A DNA stretch of 64,000 nucleotides from Promethearchaeota archaeon (GTDB lineage Archaea > Asgardarchaeota > Hermodarchaeia > Hermodarchaeales > Hermodarchaeaceae): the NCBI GenBank assembly GCA_048938385.1, contig JBHLMG010000001.1, positions 32,001 to 96,000 on the forward strand, read 5' to 3'. Under the pieces are notes generated by a model. The model was not told where the DNA came from. It was given only the letters and a program-made list of their open reading frames with translations, and did not search any database. Numbering within the stretch: the first letter of the stretch is position 1; the number at the start of each line of letters is the position of its first letter. This document shows, piece after piece, positions 48,817-59,379 of the stretch. A program made the position numbers and the translations under genes.

Positions 48817-49461
48817 ATGGAGCTGAATGGAATGGCCCTCGAAGAAATTACCCAAGCAATTTATTCAAAACTCGCTATCCAAAACGAAGCGAGGGATTTT
48901 CTCATTAACGAAATGCATCAAATCCTGAAAGTAACACGAGAAGCAATTTCTGCTATTCATCGGAATGAACTGACCAAGGCCGGCGAGTCTATTAGGAATG
49001 TCCAATCCATGCTAAAGGGTGCTCAAACGCATTTGAAGAAACTCGGTCAAATCCCTGTCATTAATTTAATTCATGATGCTGAAGGTGAGGTTGCAGAGGC
49101 AGTGTTTTTGCTAGCCTTTCGTCAAAAAAAGCCTCTTCCATCTCCAGAAAAAATCGGTGTAAAAGAAATAGGATATCTCCAAGGGCTTGGAGATTTTGTT
49201 GGTGAATTGCGAAGGCATTCACTTGATTCTCTAACTAATGATAACTTGGAAGAAGCGAAGAGGGCTTTTACCCAGATGGAAGAGGTGTATGCTACTTTGA
49301 AAACCTTTGATTTTCCTCGCGGACTTACACAGGGAGTGAGAAAGAAAACAGATATTGCACGGGGAATAATCGAAAAAACTCGTGCGGATCTAAGTTCCGC
49401 TATTGAAAATCGACGGTTGCTAGCTGGGATAGCTTCCTTACGAAAAGCACTTGGAGAATAG
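48817..49461 (+). CDS. Translin/Trax family protein
   Basis: E..EA, YL.GL.D..GELRR, R.K.D..R..IE.T. Confidence 0.88.
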   Translation: MELNGMALEEITQAIYSKLAIQNEARDFLINEMHQILKVTREAISAIHRNELTKAGESIRNVQSMLKGAQTHLKKLGQIPVINLIHDAEGEVAEAVFLLAFRQKKPLPSPEKIGVKEIGYLQGLGDFVGELRRHSLDSLTNDNLEEAKRAFTQMEEVYATLKTFDFPRGLTQGVRKKTDIARGIIEKTRADLSSAIENRRLLAGIASLRKALGE

Positions 49462-50140
49462 GGGGCCAATTGGTCTGACGAGAAAATTCTCTACAAAGAA
49501 AGCTCGTCAAGTTCAACTGCGTTTAGCTCAATGTGTGAACGATACCGATCATTTTCTCAATCCTCCTCGAACCATTTGCGGATTGGATGTGGCTTACCTT
49601 CCCTCTGAAGCAATTGGAGCTGCAGTCGTGTTGACTTTCCCGGATCTGCAAGTAATTGAAAAAAGGCTCGTTCGCTGCCAGGTTCCAGTACCCTATATTC
49701 CAACCTTTCTCTCCTTTCGTGAATACGCTCCTCTCTCAATGGTTTTCAACACCATTCAACATCAACCTGATCTGTGTTTCGTTGATGCACATGGACAAGC
49801 GCATCCTTACAAGCTAGGCGCTGCAAGCCATTTTGGGGTGTTAAAGAATGTTCCAACCATCGGAGTAGCAAAAAAACTCTTATGCGGTGAAGTTCAGAAA
49901 AAAACTGCCTTCTTCGACGATATTTATCTTAACAATGAAGTGATTGGAGCAAGGGTAAATACCAAGAAGGGGTGCAACCCAATTTTTGTAAGTGTAGGTC
50001 ACCGAATCTCTCTTCCTTCTGCTGTCCAAATAACTCTATCCTGTACGACGAAATATCGGCTTCCTGAACCCACGCGGCTGGCACATAACTTAGCTAAAGA
50101 AACCCAACAAAAAATAAAAGACGGTGATATTGTTGAATGA
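49451..50140 (+). CDS. nfi: Endonuclease V
   Basis: GLDVAY, PYIP.FLSFRE, D.HG..HP, TIGVAK, SVGH, PEP.R.A. Confidence 0.93.
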   Translation: MENRGPIGLTRKFSTKKARQVQLRLAQCVNDTDHFLNPPRTICGLDVAYLPSEAIGAAVVLTFPDLQVIEKRLVRCQVPVPYIPTFLSFREYAPLSMVFNTIQHQPDLCFVDAHGQAHPYKLGAASHFGVLKNVPTIGVAKKLLCGEVQKKTAFFDDIYLNNEVIGARVNTKKGCNPIFVSVGHRISLPSAVQITLSCTTKYRLPEPTRLAHNLAKETQQKIKDGDIVE

Positions 50141-50822
50141 ACAGCTCTGGTTTACTCTTCTCGCATTAGCTCAACTAGGAGCTGTTGGCAACAGTATCAG
50201 AACATCGACCTCTCGACTCGCACGGCTTCTCAAGACCAGTCAACAGACAGCATCCCGAAGGTTATCAACACTCGAAAAACAGGGTTGGATTCACCGAACT
50301 TTGAATAATCGGGGACAGCTAATTCGAATCAAACCAAAAGGTGTTGATAAGTTAATTCAGGTTAAGTCTGTTTTAGAGATGGCTATGACGAAGAAACGAT
50401 CCATAATGCTTCGCGGTCGAATATTTACGGGATTAGGTGAAGGTGCATACTATGTATGTCTGGAAGGGTATCGAAAACAGTTTCGAAAAAAACTAGGATT
50501 CGATCCCTATCCTGGGACACTCAATATTCAACTTTTAACAGATTCGGATGTAAATGAGTTTCAATTACTCAAAGCAACAATTGGTATAGAAATTCATGGA
50601 TTTGAAAGTGGTGGTCGAAGCTTTGGACCGGTTACTTGCTATCCTGCTACTGTTAATGAACAAAAGACAGCGGCTATTCTATTAATCGAACGGACTCACC
50701 ACCACCCTAATGTGATTGAAATAATAGCACCAAAAAATCTACGGCAGCAACTCGGGGTCTCAGACAATGATATTATTGAGGTGAATGCGGATCTTGCCGA
50801 TTCGCATATGCCTTCTCGATAA
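50124..50822 (+). CDS. ribK: CTP-dependent riboflavin kinase with N-terminal HTH
   Basis: SQQTASR HTH; GLGEGAYY, PYPGTLN, EIIAP..LR. Confidence 0.92.
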   Translation: MILLNEQLWFTLLALAQLGAVGNSIRTSTSRLARLLKTSQQTASRRLSTLEKQGWIHRTLNNRGQLIRIKPKGVDKLIQVKSVLEMAMTKKRSIMLRGRIFTGLGEGAYYVCLEGYRKQFRKKLGFDPYPGTLNIQLLTDSDVNEFQLLKATIGIEIHGFESGGRSFGPVTCYPATVNEQKTAAILLIERTHHHPNVIEIIAPKNLRQQLGVSDNDIIEVNADLADSHMPSR

Positions 50823-51225
50823 TCTTCGTCGTACTATTCAATGGATATTCATTAAATAATCGCTCTAACCGCATTACTCTCGTCTTTAATCCACGACGCT
50901 TTACTTCCTCTTGTACCTGTTCTGTCGACATTTGTTGGTTTGGACCTAACAGTAGAATGTCTGGCTTCAACTCTTCAATGATTGATAAAAAGTCAAGTCC
51001 TTGTTTCCCAAGAACCGCGTTTTTAACGCCCTTTATGGCTTGAACCATAAAGAGGCGCTGTTGTTCGGGAACAATAACCGCGCGACCCTTTGCATGAACC
51101 ACATTTTCATCCCGTGCAACAACAACAATAACTTCACCTAACTTTGCAGCTTCCGTAATTAGAAAAACATGTCCTGGGTGGAGAATATCAAAGGTTCCTG
51201 CAACCACAATACGCTTCGTCGTCAT
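50773..51225 (-). CDS. ribL: Archaeal FAD synthase
   Basis: GTFDILHPGH, VARD, PDI..LG..Q. Confidence 0.88.
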   Translation of the reverse strand: MTTKRIVVAGTFDILHPGHVFLITEAAKLGEVIVVVARDENVVHAKGRAVIVPEQQRLFMVQAIKGVKNAVLGKQGLDFLSIIEELKPDILLLGPNQQMSTEQVQEEVKRRGLKTRVMRLERLFNEYPLNSTTKIIEKAYANRQDPHSPQ

Positions 51226-51288
51226 CCTATATCGCCATGTAACACTTGCCGGTATTAAATACTAGGGCTTGAAACATCTTTAGAAAGG

Positions 51289-51294
51289 TTTAAA
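51289..51294 (+). promoter_or_regulatory. TATA box (with upstream BRE-like GAAAGG) for tRNA-Lys
   Basis: GAAAGG-TTTAAA about 30 nt upstream of the tRNA 5' end. Confidence 0.55.
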
Positions 51295-51322
51295 GTCTGT
51301 GTTAGAAAAACTGGTCAAACGC

Positions 51323-51442
51323 GGGCTCGTAGCTTAGCCAGGCAGAGCGTCGGGCTCTTAAGCATTCATTATGGAGACACCCGATTGTCGGGGGTTCGAA
51401 AGAACGCAGTTAGCGTCGCCGAAACTCCCCCCGAGCCCGCCA
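51323..51442 (+). tRNA. tRNA-Lys(CTT) with two introns: 37/38 (51361..51378, 18 nt) and 59/60 (51401..51425, 25 nt); CCA encoded
   Basis: GGGCTCG/CGAGCCC acceptor. Motifs CTCT-TA^A...GGAG-AC^A and TTCG-AA^A...CGAA-AC^T. Confidence 0.93.
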
Positions 51443-51451
51443 TCTCTCCTT

Positions 51452-52453
51452 CTAGGTGAAGTGCTCATAACCTTTAGGCTCAATTACTCGTTCTTCTCCA
51501 CTGATTATTAGTCTCTTTTCCTGCTCTTCGACCACTTTCCCTATCGGAATCAACTGACCACCAACGCTTTCAACGCTGTGATGAGCGTTCTTCCATTTCG
51601 CTGAGGGAATAGTGACAACCAGTTCAAATTCCTCGCCCCCATAAAGTGCTAAATCAGCTGTGTCCAGATCATTTGCTGCGGCGAATTGGGTACAAATTAA
51701 AGGGACAGGAAGCGACTCGATGTAAAAGCCTACTTGACTAGCTGCTGCGAGTTCGTGCAGAGACCATGCCAGTCCATCGCTGCTGTCAATAGCAGCAGAG
51801 ACCACCCCTTTTTGGGCGAGAATTCGCCCTTCTCGTAATCGAGCATGAGGTCGTAACGCCTTTTCACGAATTTGTGCTAGAAGCTGGCGTGGCTCTTGGA
51901 GATCGTGATAAATGGCTTTCAACAATGTTCCTGTGTATCCAAACTCACCAGTAACTGCGATTACATCTCCAAGTGCAGCTCCTTTTCTTCTAACGAGCTG
52001 AGTTTTGGGAGCTGTACCAAATGCCGTACAATTGATGACCAACTCTATGCACTGGTTTGTATCCCCACCTAAATAGTAGGTGTCATGTTCTCGACTTACA
52101 CGGTTGAGTCCACTAACAACAGCTGCAGCAAAATTCGCTTCTGTACTTTCGGGAAACCCTAAGGATGCGACAATGCCTAATGGTAGAACCCCCTTGGCTG
52201 CTAGATCACTTAATCCCATAACCCCTGCTTTCCAGGCAATCTCACCTGCTGACATTCCTGGTAATACATCAGTTGAGGCAACGAGCATATCGGTATTTAC
52301 AACAAGGGCCTGTTTATCTAGAGGAACAGCGACGGCATCCTCCATTCCACTAAGTAATGCTTCATTAAATGGCGTTATTAGTTCTTGAAACCAACGAATT
52401 AAACCCCGTTCCCCAAGACCACGAACTGTTTGATCCTTCTTTATCAAATCCAA
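51452..52453 (-). CDS. thiL: Thiamine-monophosphate kinase
   Basis: GE..LI, EDA, D.LV, SDLAAKG, GGDT, D.SDGL, GGEEFEL. Confidence 0.93.
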   Translation of the reverse strand: MDLIKKDQTVRGLGERGLIRWFQELITPFNEALLSGMEDAVAVPLDKQALVVNTDMLVASTDVLPGMSAGEIAWKAGVMGLSDLAAKGVLPLGIVASLGFPESTEANFAAAVVSGLNRVSREHDTYYLGGDTNQCIELVINCTAFGTAPKTQLVRRKGAALGDVIAVTGEFGYTGTLLKAIYHDLQEPRQLLAQIREKALRPHARLREGRILAQKGVVSAAIDSSDGLAWSLHELAAASQVGFYIESLPVPLICTQFAAANDLDTADLALYGGEEFELVVTIPSAKWKNAHHSVESVGGQLIPIGKVVEEQEKRLIISGEERVIEPKGYEHFT

Positions 52454-52523
52454 CCCCTTCGATTTCTACTACTGCCTGACTGGTCGAAATATTTTTTGGC
52501 TCTCTCATTTATTCTTTTACCAC

Positions 52524-52622
52524 GCCTCGATAGCTCAGTGGTAGAGCGACAGCCTCGTAAACTCTTAGATAAATAGTCGAGTAAGCTGCTGGTCGCGGGT
52601 TCAATCCCCGCTCGAGGCTCCA
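52524..52622 (+). tRNA. tRNA-Thr(CGT) with a 24-nt intron at 37/38 (52560..52583); CCA encoded
   Basis: GCCTCGA/TCGAGGC acceptor. BHB: CTCG-TA^A-ACT..AGT-CGAG-TA^A. Confidence 0.94.
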
Positions 52623-52633
52623 TTTCTTTTTGG

Positions 52634-54220
52634 TCAACTAGGTTGAACTCTTGAATCGACGATTTCTTGGAATTTCAGGCCCCCTGCCTGTTCGAGGAAG
52701 GTATCTAAATCCATGATGTGAATTACTGGAGTGATTTCCGTCGCAGTTTTTGTTAACTTGTGAATTGCCCTTTGATTTTGTGTATTATCTGCACCAGGTT
52801 TTAGTACTACATTCAATGTGAGAACATCCATTGAATATGGATCCTTAGGATTCGATTTGCTTACAATGATTTGTGTTTCGTGAACATCATTCATAGCTAA
52901 CAGGGATTCTCGTAACGCTGTCAGGTTTACAGTTGCACCTTTGATTTTTTCTTCGGCGATTCCCATTACTCGCAGTTGAGCACCGATTTCTGACTCGCGT
53001 GAAATATTGAAGAAACACGGCATCTCAAGACCACAATGAGGGCACTTGCCTATAGTGACTTTGTCAACATGGTCGCCCATCAGGTAACCTTCGTACATTG
53101 TGGCTCGTCCATCTACATGAAAGATTGTGATATAACCTCCCTCTTCAGGGCTTGTAAACTCGTAGCTTCCTGCGTCATCTGTGAATTTCACAAACCTTAC
53201 TGCAAAGGCAAGAGGTGATAAGTTATGGTATCCACCTTTTTCGGTACATTGACAGGCCACACCAATCTTGGTTTCACTGGCTGCCCAACCACCAATGACG
53301 CGTGTCTCTGTCATTCCTACTTCTGCAAAATGCTCTTTGATGTCATCGATTACAGCATCGTAGATTCGTTCGCCTGCTAAGAGGATGATTCCACGCTTTT
53401 CTAATTGTGGCTTTTGGATTAGTAATTCGCGACAAAAGATGTTCCGTAAATACCCTGGCATTGCCGCAAATCCTGTTACCTTGAACAACTCTGCTAGCTG
53501 AACTAATTTATCAGTAGAAATAGCTCCCCCGGCTGTTGAGCGCACGACGAAATCTGCCATCTGTAATAATCCGCCATCAACGCCAAAAAATCCGAGGTGT
53601 GGCGCGCTTGGGAACAGGTTCATGGCACGAAGTTCAAAGCCGTCTTTGACGAACGGATCAATTGCCATCTTGCCAGATTTAGCCATGTTATTTAGCATAA
53701 GTTCGTTGTCGTAGTGAGTTAAAAACACGGGGGATGGAAGCCCTGACGCTCGTCCTGATGAAAACCAGAAAAAGCGAGGTGTATATTGATATTTAATATG
53801 GTCAAGGAGTTCTTGGGTTGCTCGTTTTTTCCCAATGCGAAGTTTAACTTTTAGTCCTCGATTGAAAACATAGCTTCTTTCTTCATTGTAACCTGCTTCC
53901 TTATAGTATCGCAAAATGCTTCCAATAATTGCAGCGGGTTCTCGTTCTCCTCCATCGACTTGTTGTGGATTGAGGACGAACTCCCGAAGATTATCTTTAT
54001 AATCAGCTTTCTTAACGAGCGGAAGCCCATATTTCGACCAATCTGTGGGTCGTTCGAGTTTGAAGGGATCCACATTGTAGTCTTTGAACAGTCGACGGTA
54101 GAAGGGATGATTAGGGTAAACTTGGTATCGAATGAATGCACGAAACTTGCGTTCCTGCATGGCCTCTATGTCTTCGTATTTAGTTGATTTGAGCTCATCA
54201 AAGGTTAGAAATCTTTTCAT
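52634..54220 (-). CDS. Phenylacetate-CoA ligase-like (PaaK/ANL family) protein
   Basis: PFYR.L, LP...K.D, SSG..G.P, AGE, ASE, GD, CPHCG. Confidence 0.7.
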   Translation of the reverse strand: MKRFLTFDELKSTKYEDIEAMQERKFRAFIRYQVYPNHPFYRRLFKDYNVDPFKLERPTDWSKYGLPLVKKADYKDNLREFVLNPQQVDGGEREPAAIIGSILRYYKEAGYNEERSYVFNRGLKVKLRIGKKRATQELLDHIKYQYTPRFFWFSSGRASGLPSPVFLTHYDNELMLNNMAKSGKMAIDPFVKDGFELRAMNLFPSAPHLGFFGVDGGLLQMADFVVRSTAGGAISTDKLVQLAELFKVTGFAAMPGYLRNIFCRELLIQKPQLEKRGIILLAGERIYDAVIDDIKEHFAEVGMTETRVIGGWAASETKIGVACQCTEKGGYHNLSPLAFAVRFVKFTDDAGSYEFTSPEEGGYITIFHVDGRATMYEGYLMGDHVDKVTIGKCPHCGLEMPCFFNISRESEIGAQLRVMGIAEEKIKGATVNLTALRESLLAMNDVHETQIIVSKSNPKDPYSMDVLTLNVVLKPGADNTQNQRAIHKLTKTATEITPVIHIMDLDTFLEQAGGLKFQEIVDSRVQPS

Positions 54221-54378
54221 CAGGTAACACCCTGCAACCCTTTCATCGGTTCGTAAACCATTGCAGGGCTAAATTATCCAAAAAGCGTTTCGATAGTTTG
54301 AGACTAGCATTCCTTTTACTGTCTTGTTGTGTGGTAAAGCAAATATTACCGAGAGTAAGAAGAAAAGAGCGGAGAATG

Positions 54379-54627
54379 TCAGTTGACAAGATCGATCAAA
54401 GCGACATCTTCGAATGCCCCGGAAGGTAACTTGCGTCGTATTGTCAGGGGCAAAACTCGTTTCTGCAGTTCTAATTCCGCAATCCGGATAGGGTCGTGAA
54501 GTTCGGGGTCGATGCGAACAAGAATTGGAGCGCCCATAGAAATCTGAAGGGCACGGGCTCCTACGACTCGGGATTTTTCGTATCGAGTCATTCGTTTAGG
54601 ACCAATTTCAGGTCCTTTCTTTGGCAC
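54379..54627 (-). CDS. rpoK: RNA polymerase subunit K (Rpo6)
   Basis: TRYE..R.VGARALQISMGAP, P..IA..EL, LP.TIRR.LP. Confidence 0.96.
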   Translation of the reverse strand: MPKKGPEIGPKRMTRYEKSRVVGARALQISMGAPILVRIDPELHDPIRIAELELQKRVLPLTIRRKLPSGAFEDVALIDLVN

Positions 54628-54656
54628 ATTCTCCGCCTCTTAGAGTTGTTGATTTT

Positions 54657-56282
54657 TTAGTCTTCGAAGTCTTCGCCGCCAGGTGGGCCACCAGGGCCTC
54701 CTGGACCTTCCATGCCCTTCGATGCGATGACATCATCGATCCGAAGTAGCATTTGTGCGACTTCACTTGCTGATTTGATAGCTTGGCGTTTGACGATAAG
54801 GGGCTCCCAAACATTTGCCTTTGCTAAATCGGTAACCTTCCCTTTAAGTCCATCAACACCAGCTGTAACCCGACCTTTTTCGTGTTGAGTCTTAAGGTCG
54901 GCTAAAATGTCGATGGGATCAAGTCCAGCGTTCTCAGCGAGGGTTTTGGGAATAATCTCCATTGCCTCTGCGAAAGCGAGGACCGCTAGTTGTTCGCGTC
55001 CAGGAAGGGTTTCAGCATAGTCTTGTAGTTGTCGCGCTACCTGGATTTCAGGAGCACCTCCACCTGCTACAACTCGTCCATCCTCAACGACATTACGGAT
55101 AACACAGAGGGCATCGTGTAAGGCTCTTTCTGCCTCGTCAACTGCCAAGTCTGTGCTTCCTCGGAGAAGGATACTAACGGCTTTCGGATTCTTGCAACCT
55201 TCGACAAATACCATTTTGTCATCAGCAATTTTCCGTTCTTCGAGGTTCTCAGCCATTCCTAAATCCTTCTTAGTTAAATCATCAAGATTGGATACGAGCT
55301 TTCCACCAGTAGCACGGGCGAGTTTTTCCATATCACTTTCTTTTATTCGGCGTACAGCTACAATGCCCTCTTGAGCCATAAAGTGCTGGGCTACATCATC
55401 AATGCCTTTCTGGCAAAGAACTACATTTGCTCCGCTCTTTTTGATTTTGTCAACCATATCACGAAGCATCCGTTCCTCTTCGTCAAGGAATGCTTGCATC
55501 TGAGATACTTCACGAATGTCGATTTTAGCCGTAAATTCAGTCTTTTCCACCTCAAATGCAGATTGAACAAGCGCGATTTTTGGTTGTTTTACGGCCTTGG
55601 ACATACCAGGGTGAACAATTTCCTTATCAAGAACGATTCCTTCGATAAACATCGTATCGCGAATCGTTCCGCCTTGCTTCTTTTCGATTTTTACATTATC
55701 GATGTCAGATCGATTTTTACCATCGACTGAATCGGTGATGCGTTTGATAGCCTTCACGCCTAGATCAGCTAAGAACTGGCGATATTCTGAGACGACCTTG
55801 GATTGCATTGCAGTCATAGCGACTTTTTTCAACATCATGTCACTAGAGTCGGCTACGGCAATTGAGTCCAACGCGCTCAGTGCTTTTTCATTTGCCTTAC
55901 GATACCCTTCAACAATGACTGTAGGATGAATTTTCTGATCAATAAGCAATTCAGCCTGTTTTAAGAGTTCACCTGCTAGCACAACTGCTGATGTAGTTCC
56001 ATCGCCCACTTCATCATCTTGGGTTTTTGCTACTTCAACAATCATTTTTGCTGCAGGGTGTTCAACATCGATTTCCTTCAGAATGGTTGCTCCATCATTG
56101 GTAATTGTAACATCACCGAAGCTGTCGACGAGCATCTTATCTTGACCCTTGGGACCAAGCGCTGTTCGAATAGCTTCAGCGATTGCGACCGCTGCTGTTA
56201 TATTATTATGTTGTGCATCGCGGCCACGTTCGCGTTTTGTACCTTCTTTTAACAATAGAATTGGTGTACCTCCAAGTGACAC
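54657..56282 (-). CDS. ths: Thermosome (group II chaperonin) subunit (likely GTG start 56282)
   Basis: [35 protein letters not shown]; SD GGAGGT upstream of GTG. Confidence 0.97.
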   Translation of the reverse strand: MSLGGTPILLLKEGTKRERGRDAQHNNITAAVAIAEAIRTALGPKGQDKMLVDSFGDVTITNDGATILKEIDVEHPAAKMIVEVAKTQDDEVGDGTTSAVVLAGELLKQAELLIDQKIHPTVIVEGYRKANEKALSALDSIAVADSSDMMLKKVAMTAMQSKVVSEYRQFLADLGVKAIKRITDSVDGKNRSDIDNVKIEKKQGGTIRDTMFIEGIVLDKEIVHPGMSKAVKQPKIALVQSAFEVEKTEFTAKIDIREVSQMQAFLDEEERMLRDMVDKIKKSGANVVLCQKGIDDVAQHFMAQEGIVAVRRIKESDMEKLARATGGKLVSNLDDLTKKDLGMAENLEERKIADDKMVFVEGCKNPKAVSILLRGSTDLAVDEAERALHDALCVIRNVVEDGRVVAGGGAPEIQVARQLQDYAETLPGREQLAVLAFAEAMEIIPKTLAENAGLDPIDILADLKTQHEKGRVTAGVDGLKGKVTDLAKANVWEPLIVKRQAIKSASEVAQMLLRIDDVIASKGMEGPGGPGGPPGGEDFED

Positions 56283-56359
56283 CTGCAGTACCTCCAAGTG
56301 GAGTGATAGGGCAGTTGCACCTTACTCTTCCATATAAAAATTTCGCTATATCTTATATT

Positions 56360-57481
56360 CTAGAGTCGTAATTTCCCTGCAAGTAATCCAAGATTACCCA
56401 CATGTGGACGTTTACCGAGTTCACTTTTTGCTGCATCATAACAGCGTTGGGCTTGGTGAAGGGGAGTTACAGGGAGGTCTTTCATTAAATGTTGAGGATG
56501 AAAAATTAGGAGACTATATTCAATTGACGGTTGATTAAGTTCTTTGATGAATCGGGCAATTTGCCTAACCTCTACTTCATCAATGTAATGTGGAACAAGC
56601 AGCGTGGTCGCCATCAACGGAGGATACTCCCGCTGTTCAAACTCAAGCTGATCTGCTAACATTTGAAAATTTGCAAAACTGGGTCGTTTCGATCTTCCAC
56701 AAAGGGCTTGATAAATGGATTCTGAATATGCCTTGAGATCAAATTTGATAATTCCTCCTGTTTGTTCTGTGAGTCTTCCCATCTTTTTAATAAGCGAAGG
56801 ATTCCCTTGACCATTCATTTCAAAGCATTGACGAAGTAATCGATCTTTGAACAAAGTTTGACATGCTTCTAATACCTTTATTGTGAATGGAAGTTGTGGT
56901 TCTGGAGACCCCCCGAAATAACAAACGCAAGTAATTTTTTCGTTCTGTGAAATTACATTCAAAAAGGAGTCAATTTCGACGGTTGTACCCTGTGATATTT
57001 TTTTATGGGACACATTCTGACAGAACAAGCAATCTAATCCACAACCATAAAAGAAAACAGCCAGATTGGTAAAGCCATATTCGGGTCTGGGGGTTTTCGC
57101 CCATTCGGGGTAACCGACTCCCGTCCCGCCAGGGCAAAAATACGATCCACAGCAATTAGTGATGTGTGGATCGAAATAATAATGCATTAAAGCCTTCGAG
57201 GCAGTAACCTTTCCTTCTAAGCGTCCATTAACATTGGCTCGTAAGCCACAGTAACCAAGTTCGCTAGGAGGAATGACACATTCGTTTGCACAAATTTTAC
57301 ATCCTACACCATTCCTTGTCTGGGGAACAGTATCGGGTAACTCGAATAAGAACTGCCGCCATTGATGGGCAGTTTGGGTAACTTGTTTTACCATATCTGA
57401 ATCCTGGCGAAGGCAATTAATACAAATCGGGAGCACTTTTGCGAGGTTCAATTCTTGGTTGCAGACAACACATCGCGGCAT
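56360..57481 (-). CDS. Radical SAM protein (PFL-activase/AmmeMemoRadiSAM-like) with N-terminal Zn finger
   Basis: CxxC...CxxC, C..C...C...G.CG.R, GCGLDCLFCQN, GG.PEP. Confidence 0.8.
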   Translation of the reverse strand: MPRCVVCNQELNLAKVLPICINCLRQDSDMVKQVTQTAHQWRQFLFELPDTVPQTRNGVGCKICANECVIPPSELGYCGLRANVNGRLEGKVTASKALMHYYFDPHITNCCGSYFCPGGTGVGYPEWAKTPRPEYGFTNLAVFFYGCGLDCLFCQNVSHKKISQGTTVEIDSFLNVISQNEKITCVCYFGGSPEPQLPFTIKVLEACQTLFKDRLLRQCFEMNGQGNPSLIKKMGRLTEQTGGIIKFDLKAYSESIYQALCGRSKRPSFANFQMLADQLEFEQREYPPLMATTLLVPHYIDEVEVRQIARFIKELNQPSIEYSLLIFHPQHLMKDLPVTPLHQAQRCYDAAKSELGKRPHVGNLGLLAGKLRL

Positions 57482-57600
57482 TCTGACAAACGACTCTTTT
57501 TGAACTTGATACTTATTTGAGCATTAAGACTTCCGATTCCTCCTACTCAACAAGAATATCTTTTTGTTCTTGAAAGCCGTTTCACTATTGGCGAAGTTAA

Positions 57601-59376
57601 TTGCAGTACAGAGAAGTGTCACAATTCTATAATCGCTTAGAAAACACTGCTAAACGGTTAGAAATGATAGCCATCCTAGCCGAGCTCTTTGCGCAACTTC
57701 GTAAAACCGAAAACGCTGATACCATCAGTAAAGTTGCCTATCTCACTGAGGGGAAGCTCTATCCAAGTTGGATGGACAAACCAGAAATCGGTATTGCAGA
57801 GAAAATGGCGATTAACGCAATTGCTATCGCTTTAGGTATCAATTCTTCACAAGTAGTAAAATTTGTCAACCGAACCGGAGACATAGGTACGGCGTGTGAA
57901 GAACTACTGAAAGAGAAAAGGCAAACAACTCTTTTTGACACTCCTCTTACGATCCAACATGTCTATGATTCATTGGTAAAAATCGCATCAGCCCAAGGAT
58001 CAGGTAGCGCTGAGCTCAAAGTTCGTACACTTGCAGGTCTCATCAATGTAGCAACTCCCCTTGAAGCTCGCTATCTACTCCGAACAGTGACAGGTGCGTT
58101 ACGGCTTGGTATAGCTGAAATGACAGTCCTTGATGCGTTGGCAGTTGCCTTTGCAGATGGAAAAGAAAATCGCGACCAACTTGAACGAGCCTATAACATC
58201 ACAAGCGATTTGGGGCAAATTGCAGGGTTGGTCGCATTCAAAGGATTACGAGGTATTGAGAATGTAACCGTAACCCTCGGAAAACCAATTCGAATGATGG
58301 CCGCTCAAAAATTATCAACACCCGAGGAAATTGTAGAAAAACTAGAAGGGCAGTTGGCTGGCGAATGGAAATTAGATGGAGAGCGAATGCAGATCCATAA
58401 GAACCAGGAAATTATCACCATATTTTCACGAAGGCTAGAACCAATTGCCTCAATGTATCCAGATGTTGTTCGAATTGCGAAAACCCAGCTGAAAACGAAA
58501 AGGTGCATAGTCGAAGGCGAAGCCGTCGCAATAGATAAGCAGAATCCTCAAAAACTACTCCCTTTCCAAGTTCTAATGCGCCGACGGCGTAAATATAAGA
58601 TTGATGAAATGGTAAAAGAGATACCTGTTGCGATCTTCCTTTTTGATTGTCTTTATGTGGATGGTACAGATTTTACTCGTAAACCCTACACAAAACGACG
58701 AGCCAAACTTGAAAATATTGTTAAACCGAGTGATTATGCGCGTTTGGTCCCATCAAAAGAACTCGCTTCTGCATCTGAAGTTAATGCCATGTTTCGTGAA
58801 GCCCTCGATCATGGCAGTGAAGGTCTCATTGTTAAATCTACCACATCGGATTCGATTTACCGAGCTGGTGCCCGAAGCTGGTTATGGGTAAAACTCAAGG
58901 AATCGTACCAAGCTCAAGCTGTGGGTCCTGTAGATCTCGTTGTTGTCGGTGCCTTTTGGGGTCGCGGAAGACGAGCAAAAACTTACGGTGCGCTATTAGC
59001 TGCAGTCCGTGACGAAGAAAGTGGCGAATTTAAGACGGTGTGTAAAGTGGGAACAGGGTTCAGTGATGAGGAACTCGAAAAACTTCCTAGTCGCCTCAAA
59101 CCCCATCTAATTTCTAAAAAAGATCCATTAGTTGATTCAAAAATGAAAGCCGATGTTTGGTTCCAACCTGCAATTGTCTTCCAGGTATTTGGCGACGAAA
59201 TAACACGCAGTCCTATTCATACCTGCGCCTTTGATCAAGTTGGACCGAATGAAGGTCTTGCCATTAGATTTCCACGGTTTGATGGAACCTGGCGATACGA
59301 CAAATCTCCTGAGGAAGCTACAACCGTGAATGATATAATCATCGCCTACGAAACTCAAACAAAAACCGGAAAGTAA
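57601..59376 (+). CDS. lig: ATP-dependent DNA ligase
   Basis: EWKLDGER.Q.H, FSR, EGE, EGL.VK, W.KLK, DLVVVG, IRFPRF. Confidence 0.97.
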   Translation: MQYREVSQFYNRLENTAKRLEMIAILAELFAQLRKTENADTISKVAYLTEGKLYPSWMDKPEIGIAEKMAINAIAIALGINSSQVVKFVNRTGDIGTACEELLKEKRQTTLFDTPLTIQHVYDSLVKIASAQGSGSAELKVRTLAGLINVATPLEARYLLRTVTGALRLGIAEMTVLDALAVAFADGKENRDQLERAYNITSDLGQIAGLVAFKGLRGIENVTVTLGKPIRMMAAQKLSTPEEIVEKLEGQLAGEWKLDGERMQIHKNQEIITIFSRRLEPIASMYPDVVRIAKTQLKTKRCIVEGEAVAIDKQNPQKLLPFQVLMRRRRKYKIDEMVKEIPVAIFLFDCLYVDGTDFTRKPYTKRRAKLENIVKPSDYARLVPSKELASASEVNAMFREALDHGSEGLIVKSTTSDSIYRAGARSWLWVKLKESYQAQAVGPVDLVVVGAFWGRGRRAKTYGALLAAVRDEESGEFKTVCKVGTGFSDEELEKLPSRLKPHLISKKDPLVDSKMKADVWFQPAIVFQVFGDEITRSPIHTCAFDQVGPNEGLAIRFPRFDGTWRYDKSPEEATTVNDIIIAYETQTKTGK

Positions 59377-59379
59377 TCA

